A program made the translations under genes and the position numbers. Source: Spizellomyces punctatus DAOM BR117 (lineage: Eukaryota). From it: a DNA stretch of 64,000 nt. Shown here one piece after another: positions 50,621 to 62,809 of the stretch; the first letter of the stretch is position 1; every line of letters starts with the position of its first letter. The stretch lies in assembly GCA_000182565.2 (NCBI GenBank), contig KQ257458.1; one strand, given 5' to 3'. The notes beneath the pieces are model-generated. The model was not told where the DNA came from. It saw nothing but the letters and a program-made list of their open reading frames with translations, and searched no databases.

Positions 50621-52553
50621 GGTGGTCAGAAACTAGTACCCTATAGGAAGCTATTACCGATCGAGCTGTATAGTCAGGGAGCTGCAACCAAAGGAAAATT
50701 GCTCAGGAAAATTGGTGGAAATGGACAAGTTGAGTGACATTTTTATTGCGGGTTGCGGACATGAGTTCTGCAAGCTTTTCTTGTGATTTCGCAACACATT
50801 TCATTCGTGAAGCGGTGCATTGTCCAGCCGTTCTGCAAACCCTTTATCTGCATTGATATGCAGTAGATACTACCATCACATGGCAGTTCAAGATCATAAC
50901 CCTTTTTTTTTTCTGTTCGCAGTCCACGACCCCCAGCCCCCGTTCCTCGCTCAAAGAAATGCAGACCCCCGTTGACTTTGACAAGTTGGACGATTCGCGC
51001 AAGTGGCACAGTCATGCACGTGTGGCACAGCAGAGCCCGGACACAAGCGGAGGTATTGGCTTAACAACAAGGCTTTCTTTTGTGGTATTTTCCCCGGTAT
51101 ACGGTCCCTTTTTGACCATTGAACAAAAAGCAGTGACAACTCATCCATAAGCCCGTCATGAGCACGTTTTCTTTAAAGGCTTCCAAGGGTCTGAAATGAG
51201 AGTACGGGTTTTGTTGGCTCACCTCATTGGACGGCGTTTTTCCCTTGTAGAAGAGACCTTAAGGGCTTGCAAACGTCTGGTAAACTGTAAGCAAGCGCCA
51301 ATCTTGGGCGCAGCGTTCGTTCACTGCCCCAGGAATGACTGCACAGAGGAGAGAATTAATCTCGGAACGAAAAGGAATGCCCTTACCCTTTGAAGAACGC
51401 CAAAGGTGCCGAGTTACCCTCAGTTCAAAGTCCGTGGACCCCATATTTGTCAATCGATGTGGCTACCCGCTTTTTTCTCCGTGGAAATAGCAGAATCTGT
51501 ATTACTGTTCAGGTAATTGGTGGTGTAAAATCGATTAAGAATTACTAAGTAACTGAACGCTGCAGTTGTAATTTGTCAAGTTATGTTCATCATCTGCAGT
51601 CGGTTAGATTTTGGTGTGCAAATTGAAATATGCTGAAAGTACAAGGCTCTTCTTCATTTAAAGTATCTTTGCTGGCTGTCCTTCTTTATCATTGCCAGTT
51701 AACCTGGGAACAATCGTTTCAAAGGTCCTTTGCTTCCCTGAAACTTGAACACTGTAATTCACACCGTCCGCTTTTGTCTGCTCCGAATGAGTTTTTCCAT
51801 TCGGCTCCGAAAAGCACCGACGAATCCCTCGTGAAAGAGACTCTTTCGTATAAAGGCTTGCCAGGGATCTTCATTCTAGACCGGTATTCTAGACCGGAGC
51901 AAGTTGAGAAAAGCGCTGCATTATCCACAGTCAAGCCTCATCAGAAGTGTCTTGTCCGTTACTGCCGAATAGTCCTCATGTCAATTTGTCGTCTGAATCT
52001 GCAATGTATCTTCATATCTTCACCCGACCTAATTGGTATAACATTGACCCCCAGAGCCCACAAAAGATGCTAGCATCTTAACTGTTGTGGCATCAAAAGA
52101 AATATGCAAATTAAGTCTGGTTTTAATTTTACTCCAGTTCAGGTGTCCCGGACTTGTAATCATTCTAGGATCTCCAATTACACTCTATGTACCATTACAC
52201 GATATGCACCAATGCAGTTTGTCCATTGCGCCAAGGAAAGAATCCAGTGATGGGACCAGTGCGGTAGTCGCAAGCCTCGGGGACCAATGATCCAGATATC
52301 CCTCATGCTTTCTGAGGGTCTGAACAAAGGCCCGATGTAATATAATCCCCTCTGTTTACCAAACAATCAGGATCCAGCGCAAGCTTTCGATGACATACGG
52401 TAATACTACATCGGCCGTTTCGGGACGTAAATAGTATCCTACCGATGAAGTCCTGGGCGTTTCTTATCTTGCACGATCCCTGCATCAATATAAAGGTGTC
52501 GGGTAATTACTGAAGACTCGCAGGACTCTGCCTTTGGCGCCGTCATCGCTGGG

Positions 52554-54987
52554 ATGGGAATTGGCAACGGTCCTTCTCGCCAACCGGCAACGCCTGAGGA
52601 AGCTGCCGAAGATGCAGCATGGCGCCAGAGCATCATCTTCTCGACGAGAAAGGTTTATACAGGAGTATCTGTTGTGTACCTGTCGTTTATTGTCATCACA
52701 GCAACATGGTTCGTGTGGAGGACGAGAACGGATTCCGCTTTGGCAAAGGTGGGTTGTGCGGTTTCTTTGTACGGTTTTCGGCATTCGGAGATTTTCAACT
52801 AACGTTTTTGTCTTTCTTAGCGATCAGTTTTTCTGACCATGCTAGGATTTTTTGGCAACCTACTCATATCAACCCCGTTCCTTCTCCTACAAGCAATGGA
52901 GTTTCCTTGTTTTCTCATCCTCTGGGGTCTATATCTTGGTGTGACCCTTACTGTATTTTCCTTGTCGGCCCGTGCATGGCGACTGCGGTACCTTTTCCGA
53001 TCCCATCAGGCCAAGCTGGCACGGATGAAAAGCTTGGAAGGAGGAGGCAAGCGGAATGGCGAAGGAGCGACTACTCGGGAGATGAGTGATGAAGAAAAGG
53101 ATTTACTAGAACCCTGGCCAGAACATATCCCCGCGCGAACCCGCGCAATGGAATCTCAGACCCTGACTATAAATGCGGGATCGACAATGGGGGGATCAAC
53201 TCTTCTGTCGCCTGGTCCCAATGTCAGTGGGAGAACTATAGATGGGAGGGCAGGCAGTTTATGGTCAGCCATTGCAGCTTCTAGACATGGTACCTCGCGT
53301 GGAATGCTGGCGGTATCTCACCCTGGTATACCCACTTTGCATATCGATGGCGCCACCGAACGAAGAAGCGACGATGCACTAGCATCTGCCGCAGAGGCTG
53401 GGCACGTCTCTTCACCTACGACCCGACAAGCATCACCTTCCTTGCCAAAGAGGTCAGCTCCGACCGCTACACAAATGTCGCTGATCAACATGAACCCCAA
53501 ACCAGAGGAAGAACCAACCAAGCGACTGGCCTACATCCTCTTTGGAATACTTTCTCTTGTCGTAGGGTACATCTGTGTCGTCACAGCGCTATCCACGCAA
53601 TACAAGATTCGACCTGTGAGTTATCAATGTACCATGGGGACATGGGAGATGATGCCAGTACTGGTCATCATGGCAGGATTCTTTATTCTGGGATGTCCCA
53701 CTCTTTGTTGGTGGCTATGGAGAGACAATGATACATATGGGATTAGAAGGGACCTTATTGCGTTTGCCATATCAGGGACTGCTGTTGCTGTGATGTGAGT
53801 TTGAATTGATATTTGAAGGGTTTTTACCATCGAGGTCATTATGACTGAAATTCATTTCTTGTTTTCTCAGGTACGGATTACAGCAGGCAATGTTACCCTC
53901 TGGTCGAAACTTTGGGGAATCACCACTACGTCTCTATTTTGGTGCATCAAATTGGCCAGTGTTGGGAGTTGCAGTCGGACACATGACATCCATCTTCTTG
54001 CCACTCCTCGCTTCCTACGATATTCACCCCTTGAGACCATTCAGCAGGTTATTCCGATTGTATCGTGCACCATCACGCGAGTCAAATACTGACTCGGAAG
54101 GGAGCAACGAAAAACTCGAAGCCAAAAAACAGAAAGCTGGAAAGAGGCGGACAGCTAGGAAGGGGGCTGCACCCTCGATAACATGGACTCTATTTGCCAG
54201 CGTCCTGGACGATCCAGAATGTTTCGAGGCTTTCAAGGATTTTGCGGCGCGGGATTTTGCAGATGAGAATCCCTTGTTTTATCAAGAATATCGACGGTTG
54301 ATGGAAAAGGTTCGTGTAGCTCAGGCGCCATCTCCAGGTGCCAATAGACTCTTGCCTGGTATAGCGGCAGGGTCTTCTGGTGAATCATCAGCAAATCTTC
54401 CCGTTCCTACAGATGGTGCATCATCTTTACCGGCACCACTGGTACATCAGTCGACCATGAGCAGAATGTCAATGACAGATAAATATCCCGTCTTTGATTT
54501 CACGGTCCGACGAGAAAGAACCATCAAAAACCGAATCATCACCTTCCTTGCGCACCCGTTCAGTCGTCCGTTATCTAATACATCGCGAGCGGGCTCACTT
54601 TTCAATTTTGGTTCTCGATCCCAACCAGTTCTCGTGCCTCCACCCGTAGCAGCGTCCGCGGGCGGTCTCCTCATTCCTCCATCTATGCGAGACGAATATC
54701 GTACGTTTTATAAAACCTTTATTTCCCCGGGTTCACCCTGCCAGGTAAACCTCCCAGCCCGGATCGTTGAAGATGTAGCCAAACAGGTTGGGGATGACTC
54801 CAAAGTCCTACCACTCGTCAGTATATTCGACGAAGCCCGAAATGAGGTATTAGATTCCATGTTTGAAATGTTTCCGAGGTTTGTAGAGGCGGAACGAGAT
54901 GGGGTGGTCAAAAAGTTTTTAAAGGTCGCGATAAAAGATGCGAAGCGAAATAGCAGGAGGCCTACAAAGGATGTTGTGATTGTGTAG
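52554..54987 (+). CDS. Seven-transmembrane RGS protein (7TM-RGS, GprK/AtRGS1-type), 3 exons
   Basis: Seven hydrophobic segments including FPCFLILW...ARAWRL and DTYGIRRDL, then an RGS box (VLDDPECFEAFKDFAARDFADENPLF, FYKTFISPGSPCQVNLP, IFDEARNEVLDSMFEMFPRFV). Confidence 0.85.
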
Positions 54988-55304
54988 GTTCATGTTAGGC
55001 TCCACCATCGATAGCTTGTAGTGATTTTTTTTTGGCAGAGTATGTGCATATCCCTATATTGTTTCAAGTACAAGTTTGTTAATGTTCAGTATCTTTATGC
55101 AAAGTGAATTATTACCATGTTCAGATTGAAATAAAACATTTGTTGAGAGATAGTTCATCAGAGGAAAGCTCAAGGATCTGAATATAAACAAAAGCACGTG
55201 ATTGAACACATCGTCAGCAAGCCCCAAGCGGCCCAGATGATCTACTACCATTGGAAAGGCCATCTCCTTTGTTCCCCTCATCGTTTCGTCTTTTCACCTC
55301 CATC

Positions 55305-56288
55305 ATGGAAAACGTTTACAATTTCATCTCCGTCACCGTTTCACCCGTGTTATTCATGCTCAATCTTGCCTGCAAAGTCCAACGACGGCTAAAGGCACGC
55401 CCATGGCCACTAGAAAACAAGGTCGTGCTCATCACTGGCGCTTCCTCTGGGATTGGAGAAGAGATTGCTTACGAGTATGCCCGTCACGGGGCACGAATTG
55501 TGCTTGCGGCCAGACGTGAACAGGAATTGCAGAGGGTTGAACTAAAATGTCGTGAACTGGGTGCCAAAGAGGTTTTATCAGTGCCTACTGACGTGGGCGA
55601 TGAAGCGCAGGTAAAAACGACTAGAGAGCTGCATCAAATCAACTGGTACATGATCTTTTTCATTGACATGAAAAACTATTTTTAGGTAGCAAACCTCATC
55701 CAAAAGACCCGTGAAGCATTTTCGTCCCAACTCGATGCGCTCTACGTTAATGCCGGGTTATCAATGGGAGAACCTTTTGAAGCCTTCCAAGATCTATCCG
55801 TCTTTCGGACCTTGATGGAAGTCAACTACTTTGGGTGCATCTCCGTAACCCACCAAGCTCTCCCCCTGTTAAAGCAAACCCCCCAATCACGGATCGTCGT
55901 CACATCCTCTGTAGCAGGATTGGCGGGTATACCCAGTCGAACAGGTTATTGTGCCACCAAGTTTGCGGTGAGAGGGTTCTATGAAGCGCTTCAAAGCGAA
56001 CTTTACGATCAAGGTGTATTTGTCACGCTTGTCTACCCCGGCGCCGTCGTGACCAATATCAATGCAACTCGGTTAGGGTCCGGTCCGGCGGATTTGGATA
56101 TGAAAGGTGCCATGACTGCGGAAACATGTGCAAAGTTGATGGTGAAGGCGACCAAACAGGGACGGAAGGAGCTCGTTATGACCCACAAATTCAAGTTGGG
56201 ACGCATGTGGGAAGGAATGGTGCCCGATCTGTGGGCTTTACTTGTCCGCAGGGGTGCAAAGAAAGCCTTCAAAGAAAAGTCTCAGTAG
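55305..56288 (+). CDS. Short-chain dehydrogenase/reductase (DHRS7/11beta-HSD-like), 2 exons
   Basis: VLITGASSGIG, LAARR, NAG, MEVNYFG, SSVAG, YCATK, YPGAVVT. Confidence 0.92.
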
Positions 56289-56650
56289 GTAGTTTACCTT
56301 GGGTTGTGTTGCAGGAGGAACATATCGAAATCTACCTGTACATATTGCGTGAATAAGACAAAAACACTCTAGTTCAAAAAGCTTCACAATGTGATAAACA
56401 CATCTACTCCATTTATTTTATCATATTTCAAAGCACGAGGCTCAAAGAAAAAAAGGTATTACAAAGAAACAAGACACACTTGGTCTACGAACTATATCGA
56501 GAATCCCAAAACTCGAAAGACCCCACGTTTTCTCAAAACTTGAGAGATGATGACCCATCATAGAAAGTTTTTGGGCGACACACTTGGAAAACGTAACAGG
56601 CTAACTATATTCTTCTATACATATGAACTAATCAACCATCCGGGGGGAAC

Positions 56651-58620
56651 TTAGAAACGACGGTAGTAGCCGTTTCCAATGCGGACGTTGCGTCTGTAGC
56701 TGCGGCGTTCGTTAATGATGGGGGTCTCGTCAGGTTGACCGATTTCGACGGTGGTGGAGGGTGGGTTCTGACCTGGGTTTTGACCTGGGTTCTGGCCGGG
56801 GTTCTGACCTGGGTTTTGACCTGGGTTCTGGCCGGGGTTCTGACCTGGGTTCTGGCCGGGGTTCTGACCGGGGTTCTGACCTGGGTTCTGGCCGGGGTTC
56901 TGACCTGGGTTTTGACCTGGGTTCTGGCCGGGGTTCTGGCCTGGGTTTTGACCTGGGTTCTCCGTGGGCTGAGGAGCGGCGGTGGTCTCGACGGGGGCAA
57001 CAGTAGTCTGGGAAGGCTGCTCCGCAGGCTTGGTCTCCACAGGAGGCACTGGGTAAGCGGGCACTGGGACAGTTTCAACAGGAGCAGGTACAGTGGCAGT
57101 GGCAGTGGGCACTGGGGCAGTTTCAACGGGAGCAGGCACAGTGGCAGTGGGCACTGGGGCAGTCTCGACGGGAGCAGTTCCAGTAGGCACAGGGTAAGCG
57201 GGCACTGGGACAGTCTCGACGGGAGGGAGCGTAACGGTAGGGACAGGAGCAGTCTCTACGGGCGCAACAGTCGTCGCCGTGGAAGTGGTGCACGGGGTGG
57301 TGGGCACGGGCACCGGCACAGTCTCAATGGGAGCAACCGTGGTGGTCGCAACGGGAGGAACAGGCACGGGGACACCAGTCACCACGGGCACATCAGTGGT
57401 GCAAGGGGTGGTGGTGGGCACCGGAACCGGGCCGGGGACCTCGGGAGCCGGGACCTCGGGAGTAGGGATCTGGGGAGGAACTGGATAGTTCTCGCCAGGA
57501 CCGGGCACCTCGGGTGCGGGAGCGGGAGCCGGGGTAGGAGCAGGGAGCTCTACCTCAGGGGAACCTCCCTCAACGGGGGTCTCAGGGATGGGGGCGGGCA
57601 AGTTCTCCTCACCGCCTTCCTCGGGAGTCGAGTAACCAGGGCCGGGAGTGGGGGTCGCCTCGGGGACACCGACGGGCAAGTTTTCCTCACCGCCTTCCTC
57701 GGGAGTCGAGTAACCAGGGCCGGGTGTAGGAGTCGCTTCGGGGACACCGACGGGCAAGTTTTCCTCACCACCTTGCTCGGGAGTGGGAGTCGCTTCGGGG
57801 ACACCGACAGGCAAGTTCTCTTCACCACCTTGCTCGGGGGTAGTGTAACCAGAGGTGGGAGTCGCAACGGGGACCTTNNNNNNNNNNNNNNNNNNNNNNN
57901 NNNNNNNNNNNNNNNNNNNNNNNNNNNNNNNNNNNNNNNNNNNNNNNNNNNNNNNNNNNNNNNNNNNNNNNNNNNNNCTTCACCAAAGTTCTTTCGACGG
58001 GGACGGCGCAGCTCTCTTCGCCGGCTTCGGGGATCTCACCTTCGGGGATTTCCTCAGGAGAACCTTTCGGGTGAACCTTCGGGGATCTCCTCAGGAGAAC
58101 CTTCGGGAATTTCCTCAGGAGAACCTTCGGGGGAACCTTCGGGGATTTCCTCAGGAGAACCTTCGGGGAGCTCACCTTCGGGAATCTCACCTTCGGGCGA
58201 CCCTTCGGGAATCTCACCCTCGGGCACCTCAGGAATGACACCAGGCAAGTTCTCCTCACCACCAGCGGGAGGAGCAGGCGTAGCAGTGGGGTAAGCAGGA
58301 ACCGGGACGACCGGAGGAAGGGTCGCAACAGGCGGCCTGTTGTATCCAGGACCAGCAGGACCAGTAGCGATGGGGACAACCGCGGTAGCCGTACCAGCGG
58401 GGACGGTAGCCGTCGCAGGAGGTGTCTCGGGCTCCTCGGGAGTCACGGGAGGAACAGGGTACTCGGGAGCCTTGGGAGGCGTAGGGTATTCCGGCTTGGG
58501 AGGAGCGACACCGTACTGGGGGATACTCCTGGCCAACCTAGCGGGAGCCGGAGCGGCACCGACCAATGCAGAAGAGGCCGTCAAGGCAGCGAAAGCCAAC
58601 ATAAGCTTAGAAGAGGACAT
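56651..58620 (-). CDS. Secreted Pro/Glu/Thr/Val-rich tandem-repeat protein (interrupted by assembly gap)
   Basis: Signal peptide MSSSKLMLAFAALTASSALVGA. The same GGEENLP repeat unit occurs on both sides of the gap. EGSPEEIP, PVETAPVP and NPGQ repeats, strong C/G third-position bias, ends GYYRRF-stop. Confidence 0.8.
56763..56960 (-). repeat. 12-bp coding tandem repeat, ~16 copies, encoding (NPGQ)n
   Basis: Units of the gggttctgacct / gggttttgacct / gggttctggccg type with synonymous-only variation. Confidence 0.95.
57600..57877 (-). repeat. 78-bp coding repeats (PVGVPEATPTPGPGYSTPEEGGEENL) plus shorter variants
   Basis: Two near-identical 78-bp units and truncated variants run into the gap. 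Confidence 0.85.
57878..57977. other. Assembly gap (100 N)
   Basis: Run of N inside the repeat array. Confidence 1.
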
Positions 58621-59860
58621 GATGTGTGTATGTGTTGTGTTTGAGTGAAGAGAACGAGGAGGGGTATGGTCTATGTCTATAAAGTCTAAAAAGAACGAAA
58701 AAAACGACGACGGAAAACTCGATGGGGGGGATCAAACGCCTGCGTGTGATTCCTTGTAGTTTAAACAAGAAGAGTTTCTACCGGTAAGTGAGAGAGGGAG
58801 GGGGCGGACGGGATGCTACGAGCTTTTTAAAGCGAACGAGATGTTGGATTGGATGGGGAGGGGGAATTGCAGCCCATACAACAACATTTTGCCTCTCGTC
58901 TCTTCTTCAGCCGCAAAGAACCTTAGTCTTTTTCGAGTATAGCGGGTGGGTTTTACCCCAAAAGGAGTATGAAAAAGACCATTTTTTTGTCTTTTTGACC
59001 GTTGTGCAAAAGGATTCTTCATTTTTCTTTTCTAGTTTTGTTGAGCGCAACTCTTTGTGTGTGTGTAATGTGTGATGTGTGATGTGTGCAGTGATGTCCA
59101 ACAACAACACGAACAACACCTTTACCCTAACCGCTTCCGTCTCCTCCTTTGCCGTTGTTGCATTCAACGTGCCATTTAACGAAAGAAAACAAAAAGTGGG
59201 ATGGACGCACGAAAATTCCAAAAGCGAAAAGGTGAAAATGTCGCACTTTTGTCGGTGTGTTGCAGTTGCACGTTGTCGCTGATCGGTCATGTCTCCCCCT
59301 CCAATCGTTCGGCATGTTGTATGGCGAGAGAAGAAAAACGGCGGACAAACAAATTCAACGACAAACGATTGCTGTAAAAGTGTGTTACAACAACAAAAAG
59401 CTTGCAAAGCCGAGTGTTCCAAAAAAGGTGTGCTAAATACTTGAAACTTGGAAGTGTGACGAGATTTGTCACTTGAGCGCAGAGAAACCGTTTTCCAATT
59501 TCCCCCTAAAAAAATAAGTTTAAACGACTTTCTGTCCTCCTTTGCCCGCCTTGTCAAGTTCAACGCAGGACAAACGGCGTTTTTTGATTCCATCCATGAA
59601 GCACCTTCTTGTTTGCGTTTCCAAGCGGATTCGTTCATTTGACGACGTCCCATCCAAGAGCCTCTCGTCTGTTTCAGTCCGTTTTCTGGTCGGTCATCCA
59701 ACGGTGTTTGTTACCCAATGTGTTAAGATTTTTTTTTCTTTTTTGCTGGTCAATGATCAAATAAATACACAAGTGAGCCGTCCCGTTATCTTGATCATCC
59801 ACCTTTTGGGATGTCGCGACATTCCGCAAAAGAAGAAAAAAAATCGAGTAGATAATTGAA

Positions 59861-59883
59861 ACACACACACACACACACACACA
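59861..59883. repeat. (AC)11 microsatellite
   Basis: acacacacacacacacacacaca. Confidence 0.95.
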
Positions 59884-61697
59884 AAAGGACCATTTTTCAT
59901 CGGTCATCCCTCAGTTGCAGCAGGCATGACCCCACAAGACATTATTACTGTGCGAGCATCGTTTCCAGCAATAGGGGTGAACGAGGCCGCAAACGAGGCC
60001 GTGAAGGATAGCACACGAGACCCGGTCATGAGCAGTACAAAGCGTCTTTTTGCATCTCATCGTCCCCTCAAAAATCCTCCGCCAATGCTATGACTGGTTT
60101 AATAAGAGAAAAAGGCAGATACCATTAAACATTGCCCCGCATCATTTGGCAAACAGAAAGTTTTGACAAGGAACGCAGAGAAAGCTTGGTCAATCAGCCA
60201 AAGGGCATGTTAGATATGCCCAAAGAAAAAGTGGTTGTGGACACTGGCGAACGGACCCCAACAGCACATCCCCCTCCGACCACAAATAAAAAACAGTTTT
60301 GACTTGCGCAATAATCGGCGCAGCCGATATACCGAATTGCCAAGTTTTTTTTTTGCATGCAAAGCACATATGCCGATTACGGCAATCCCATCGATCCCTA
60401 GCACGAGCTGCTGCTGTTGGAAGGAGTGCCATGTCTGCATACAAAGGTCCAGGCTTGCGACACACAGGACCTCAGAATCCATCAGAAAAAGGTGTTCAAC
60501 GTCAAAAACTACCCAAAAGCACATTATGGTCTTTACACCACATTTAGGAAAGTTACAGATGCTGCCAGAGCCACAATACAGCCTTCAAAAAAAGACCCTT
60601 GAGTTGTCTGTTAGAATGTGCACAATGTCATCTTGGGAGGGAAAGTCCCTCAAAAAACGTCTTCTCGCTTTTAATATTTACGGATATGCGGTTTGACCAC
60701 CCGCTAAACAAACACACACACACACATAACTGTTCTATTTCCCTTCCTTCTACGATCATCAAGCAAGGAATGAGTGAAAGCACGGAAATGTGTGTAAATT
60801 TACCAACAAGCCCACAGAATATCAAGCACAACTTTCAACGTATCTGTCAAGCAGAGTTTGAATTTCATCGCACACATTGCGACCCTTGTCGAGTACGTAT
60901 TCCTCCATGGTAGAACCTAAATTAGCCATGGTGGTAAGGAGTGGACTGGATATCCCAATGCATAACCAATGTATAAGTGCGATATGGGATTTGAAGTCTT
61001 GGCACACATTCGTCTCTTCGTAGAATAAAGATGATCATCCTGGCTTTGAGTATGCAGTCCGTTGTCCATCCATTGAGAAAAAAGCAGGTTGCACCTCTCC
61101 GTAAGAATTGAACAACGATAAAGAGTCAAAAACAACTGTACAAAGTTACCAAATTCCCTCTCTATGTGACATGAGCCTTGGTGTTGATGCAAGGTATGCG
61201 GGAAGTACAAACAACTGCTGATATGTATTGTGCGTTCACACCCCGTGCATGCATATTTCGATTGCCCCAAATATGTGTTTCTATGCGTAAAAACGAATGT
61301 ATGATGTGCATCTCATGTCCGGTGGGTTGGGTGTTGCTCAATCGTATGTCAAATATGGACAGACTCTACCCCAATGAATAATGTTATCCAAGCCTGTCAG
61401 GTTGATACACATTACAAAACGTTTAATCTTTCACATACTTTTGAACCGCTTTGGACACTCGTTGCGGTGCCTGACGCAACCAGTACTCAAATAAATCCAT
61501 TCCAAACCCCCTCGTCTATTGTTGGGGTTGAGAACCCCGTTCTAAACCCAGGGCTTTTCACATTACACATCACCCATCCTATTTTTTCCCATTGCTTGAC
61601 AGCTAGATACGTACTTACTTCCTTTCTTTCCAAAACAATTGAACCTCCGCTACTGTCCTTGTTTGCAGCATACGAGTCCATATTGAAGGTTCCCAGC

Positions 61698-62297
61698 ATG
61701 ATACGTTCACCCATCACCACGTCCACCACCACACCCACCCAACACCACCAGCAGATACAAGATTGGAACCTCTCCCTGCAATTACAAGAAACACCAAACC
61801 CCACATCGGAACCCTCCACAGCATCCATGCCCTCCAATACGCCAAAACCGTTTACACCCCGCACCCGACACAAGACACCCAAAACCTGCACAAACTGCAC
61901 AACAACAACATCATCCGCTTGGAGACGGTTCGGGGGACGGGTGCTATGTAATGCGTGTGGACTCTAGTACGTACCCATTTTGTGTGAGTGATTCCAAAAT
62001 AATATTTCTCATTTTCGTATTTTAGTATTAGGATTCACGGAACGGATCGCCCAGTATCCCCCTCTGGACACCTCATCCGCACTCGAGAAACCGTATGCAC
62101 GAATTGTGGGGTAATAGAGTCGCCGCTTTGGAGGAAAGGAAGGGGTGGAGTAGTGTTATGTATGTTTATGCGTTTTTGAGAAACATACGAGTGGTTTTTA
62201 AATATTGTTTTTCGTTTTTGTGTCAGGTAATGCGTGTGGATTGTTTTGGAAGATGCGAGGTGGGATGCGGCCAACGGGTAAACAAGCGAGTGGATAG
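61698..62297 (+). CDS. Small GATA-type transcription factor with two zinc fingers, 3 or more exons
   Basis: Spliced sequence CTNCTTTTSSAWRRFGGRVLCNACGLY|IRIHGTDRP...CTNCGVIESPLWRKGRGGVVL|CNACGLFWKMRGGMRP, stop at 62297. The start may lie further upstream. Confidence 0.85.
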
Positions 62298-62519
62298 GGT
62301 TTGGAAAACCAGACAAAAAGTAGTTGCAGATGGCAAGGCGAATATCGGTTGCTTTGTTCAAGTTGCTTTGTTGGTTTTGTTTTGCTTTGGTTGAATCTTG
62401 TCCGTTGGTTGCAAGGAAGAAACGCCAGACTAAGCCTCCTTTGTGTGGGGAAACGGATTCCCTTCTTTTGATGAGGTCACCATGAAGTCTGTTCTTTTCC
62501 AACGTGTTTGTTTTTTGGG

Positions 62520-62586
62520 TGATGATGATGATGAATGTTTACGCTTTGAGGAGTGTGAGGGTGTTGATGATGATGATGATGATGAT
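62520..62586. repeat. (GAT)n microsatellite pair
   Basis: gatgatgatgatga at ~62521 and (gat)7 at 62566-62586. Confidence 0.8.
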
Positions 62587-62809
62587 TGGATTGTGATGAT
62601 TGGTAAAAGAACAAGAGTCCTTTTTTTTGACATCACACCTTGGTCATTTTCTTTTTTTTTTATTCTTTTTGTTCATTGAAATATATAAAGGAGGCATTCG
62701 ATGCCCTTTTTGCATTTTGTCTCCCTTTCTTTTGGAACAAACTCTACATACTTTGTTGAAAGCCGCTAGTTTACTACAAACCACTCGAAAAGACCAAACA
62801 CACACAAAA

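Noticed and set aside
50650-52550. Short ORFs in the C2H2/7TM-RGS intergenic region (e.g. 51630-52073)
   Set aside because: No recognisable motifs or consistent splice structure.
56763-56960. CRISPR-like or telomere-like (GGGTT) array
   Set aside because: There are no unique spacers and the period is 12 bp, coding in frame. It is not TTAGGG.
58040-58075. Apparent +1 frameshift (PEGSPERFS-stop) in the repeat protein, suggesting a pseudogene or programmed frameshift
   Set aside because: It is a single extra A ~90 bp from a contig end inside a repeat, and the repeat continues in the shifted frame. An assembly error is most likely.
56735-58294. 519-aa plus-strand ORF with VLTW/VLAG hydrophobic repeats
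   Set aside because: It is the antisense shadow of the GC-biased repeat gene. Repeat variation is synonymous only in the minus-strand NPGQ frame.
58907-59701. 264-aa minus-strand ORF
   Set aside because: Low-complexity intergenic composition, no domain and no codon bias.
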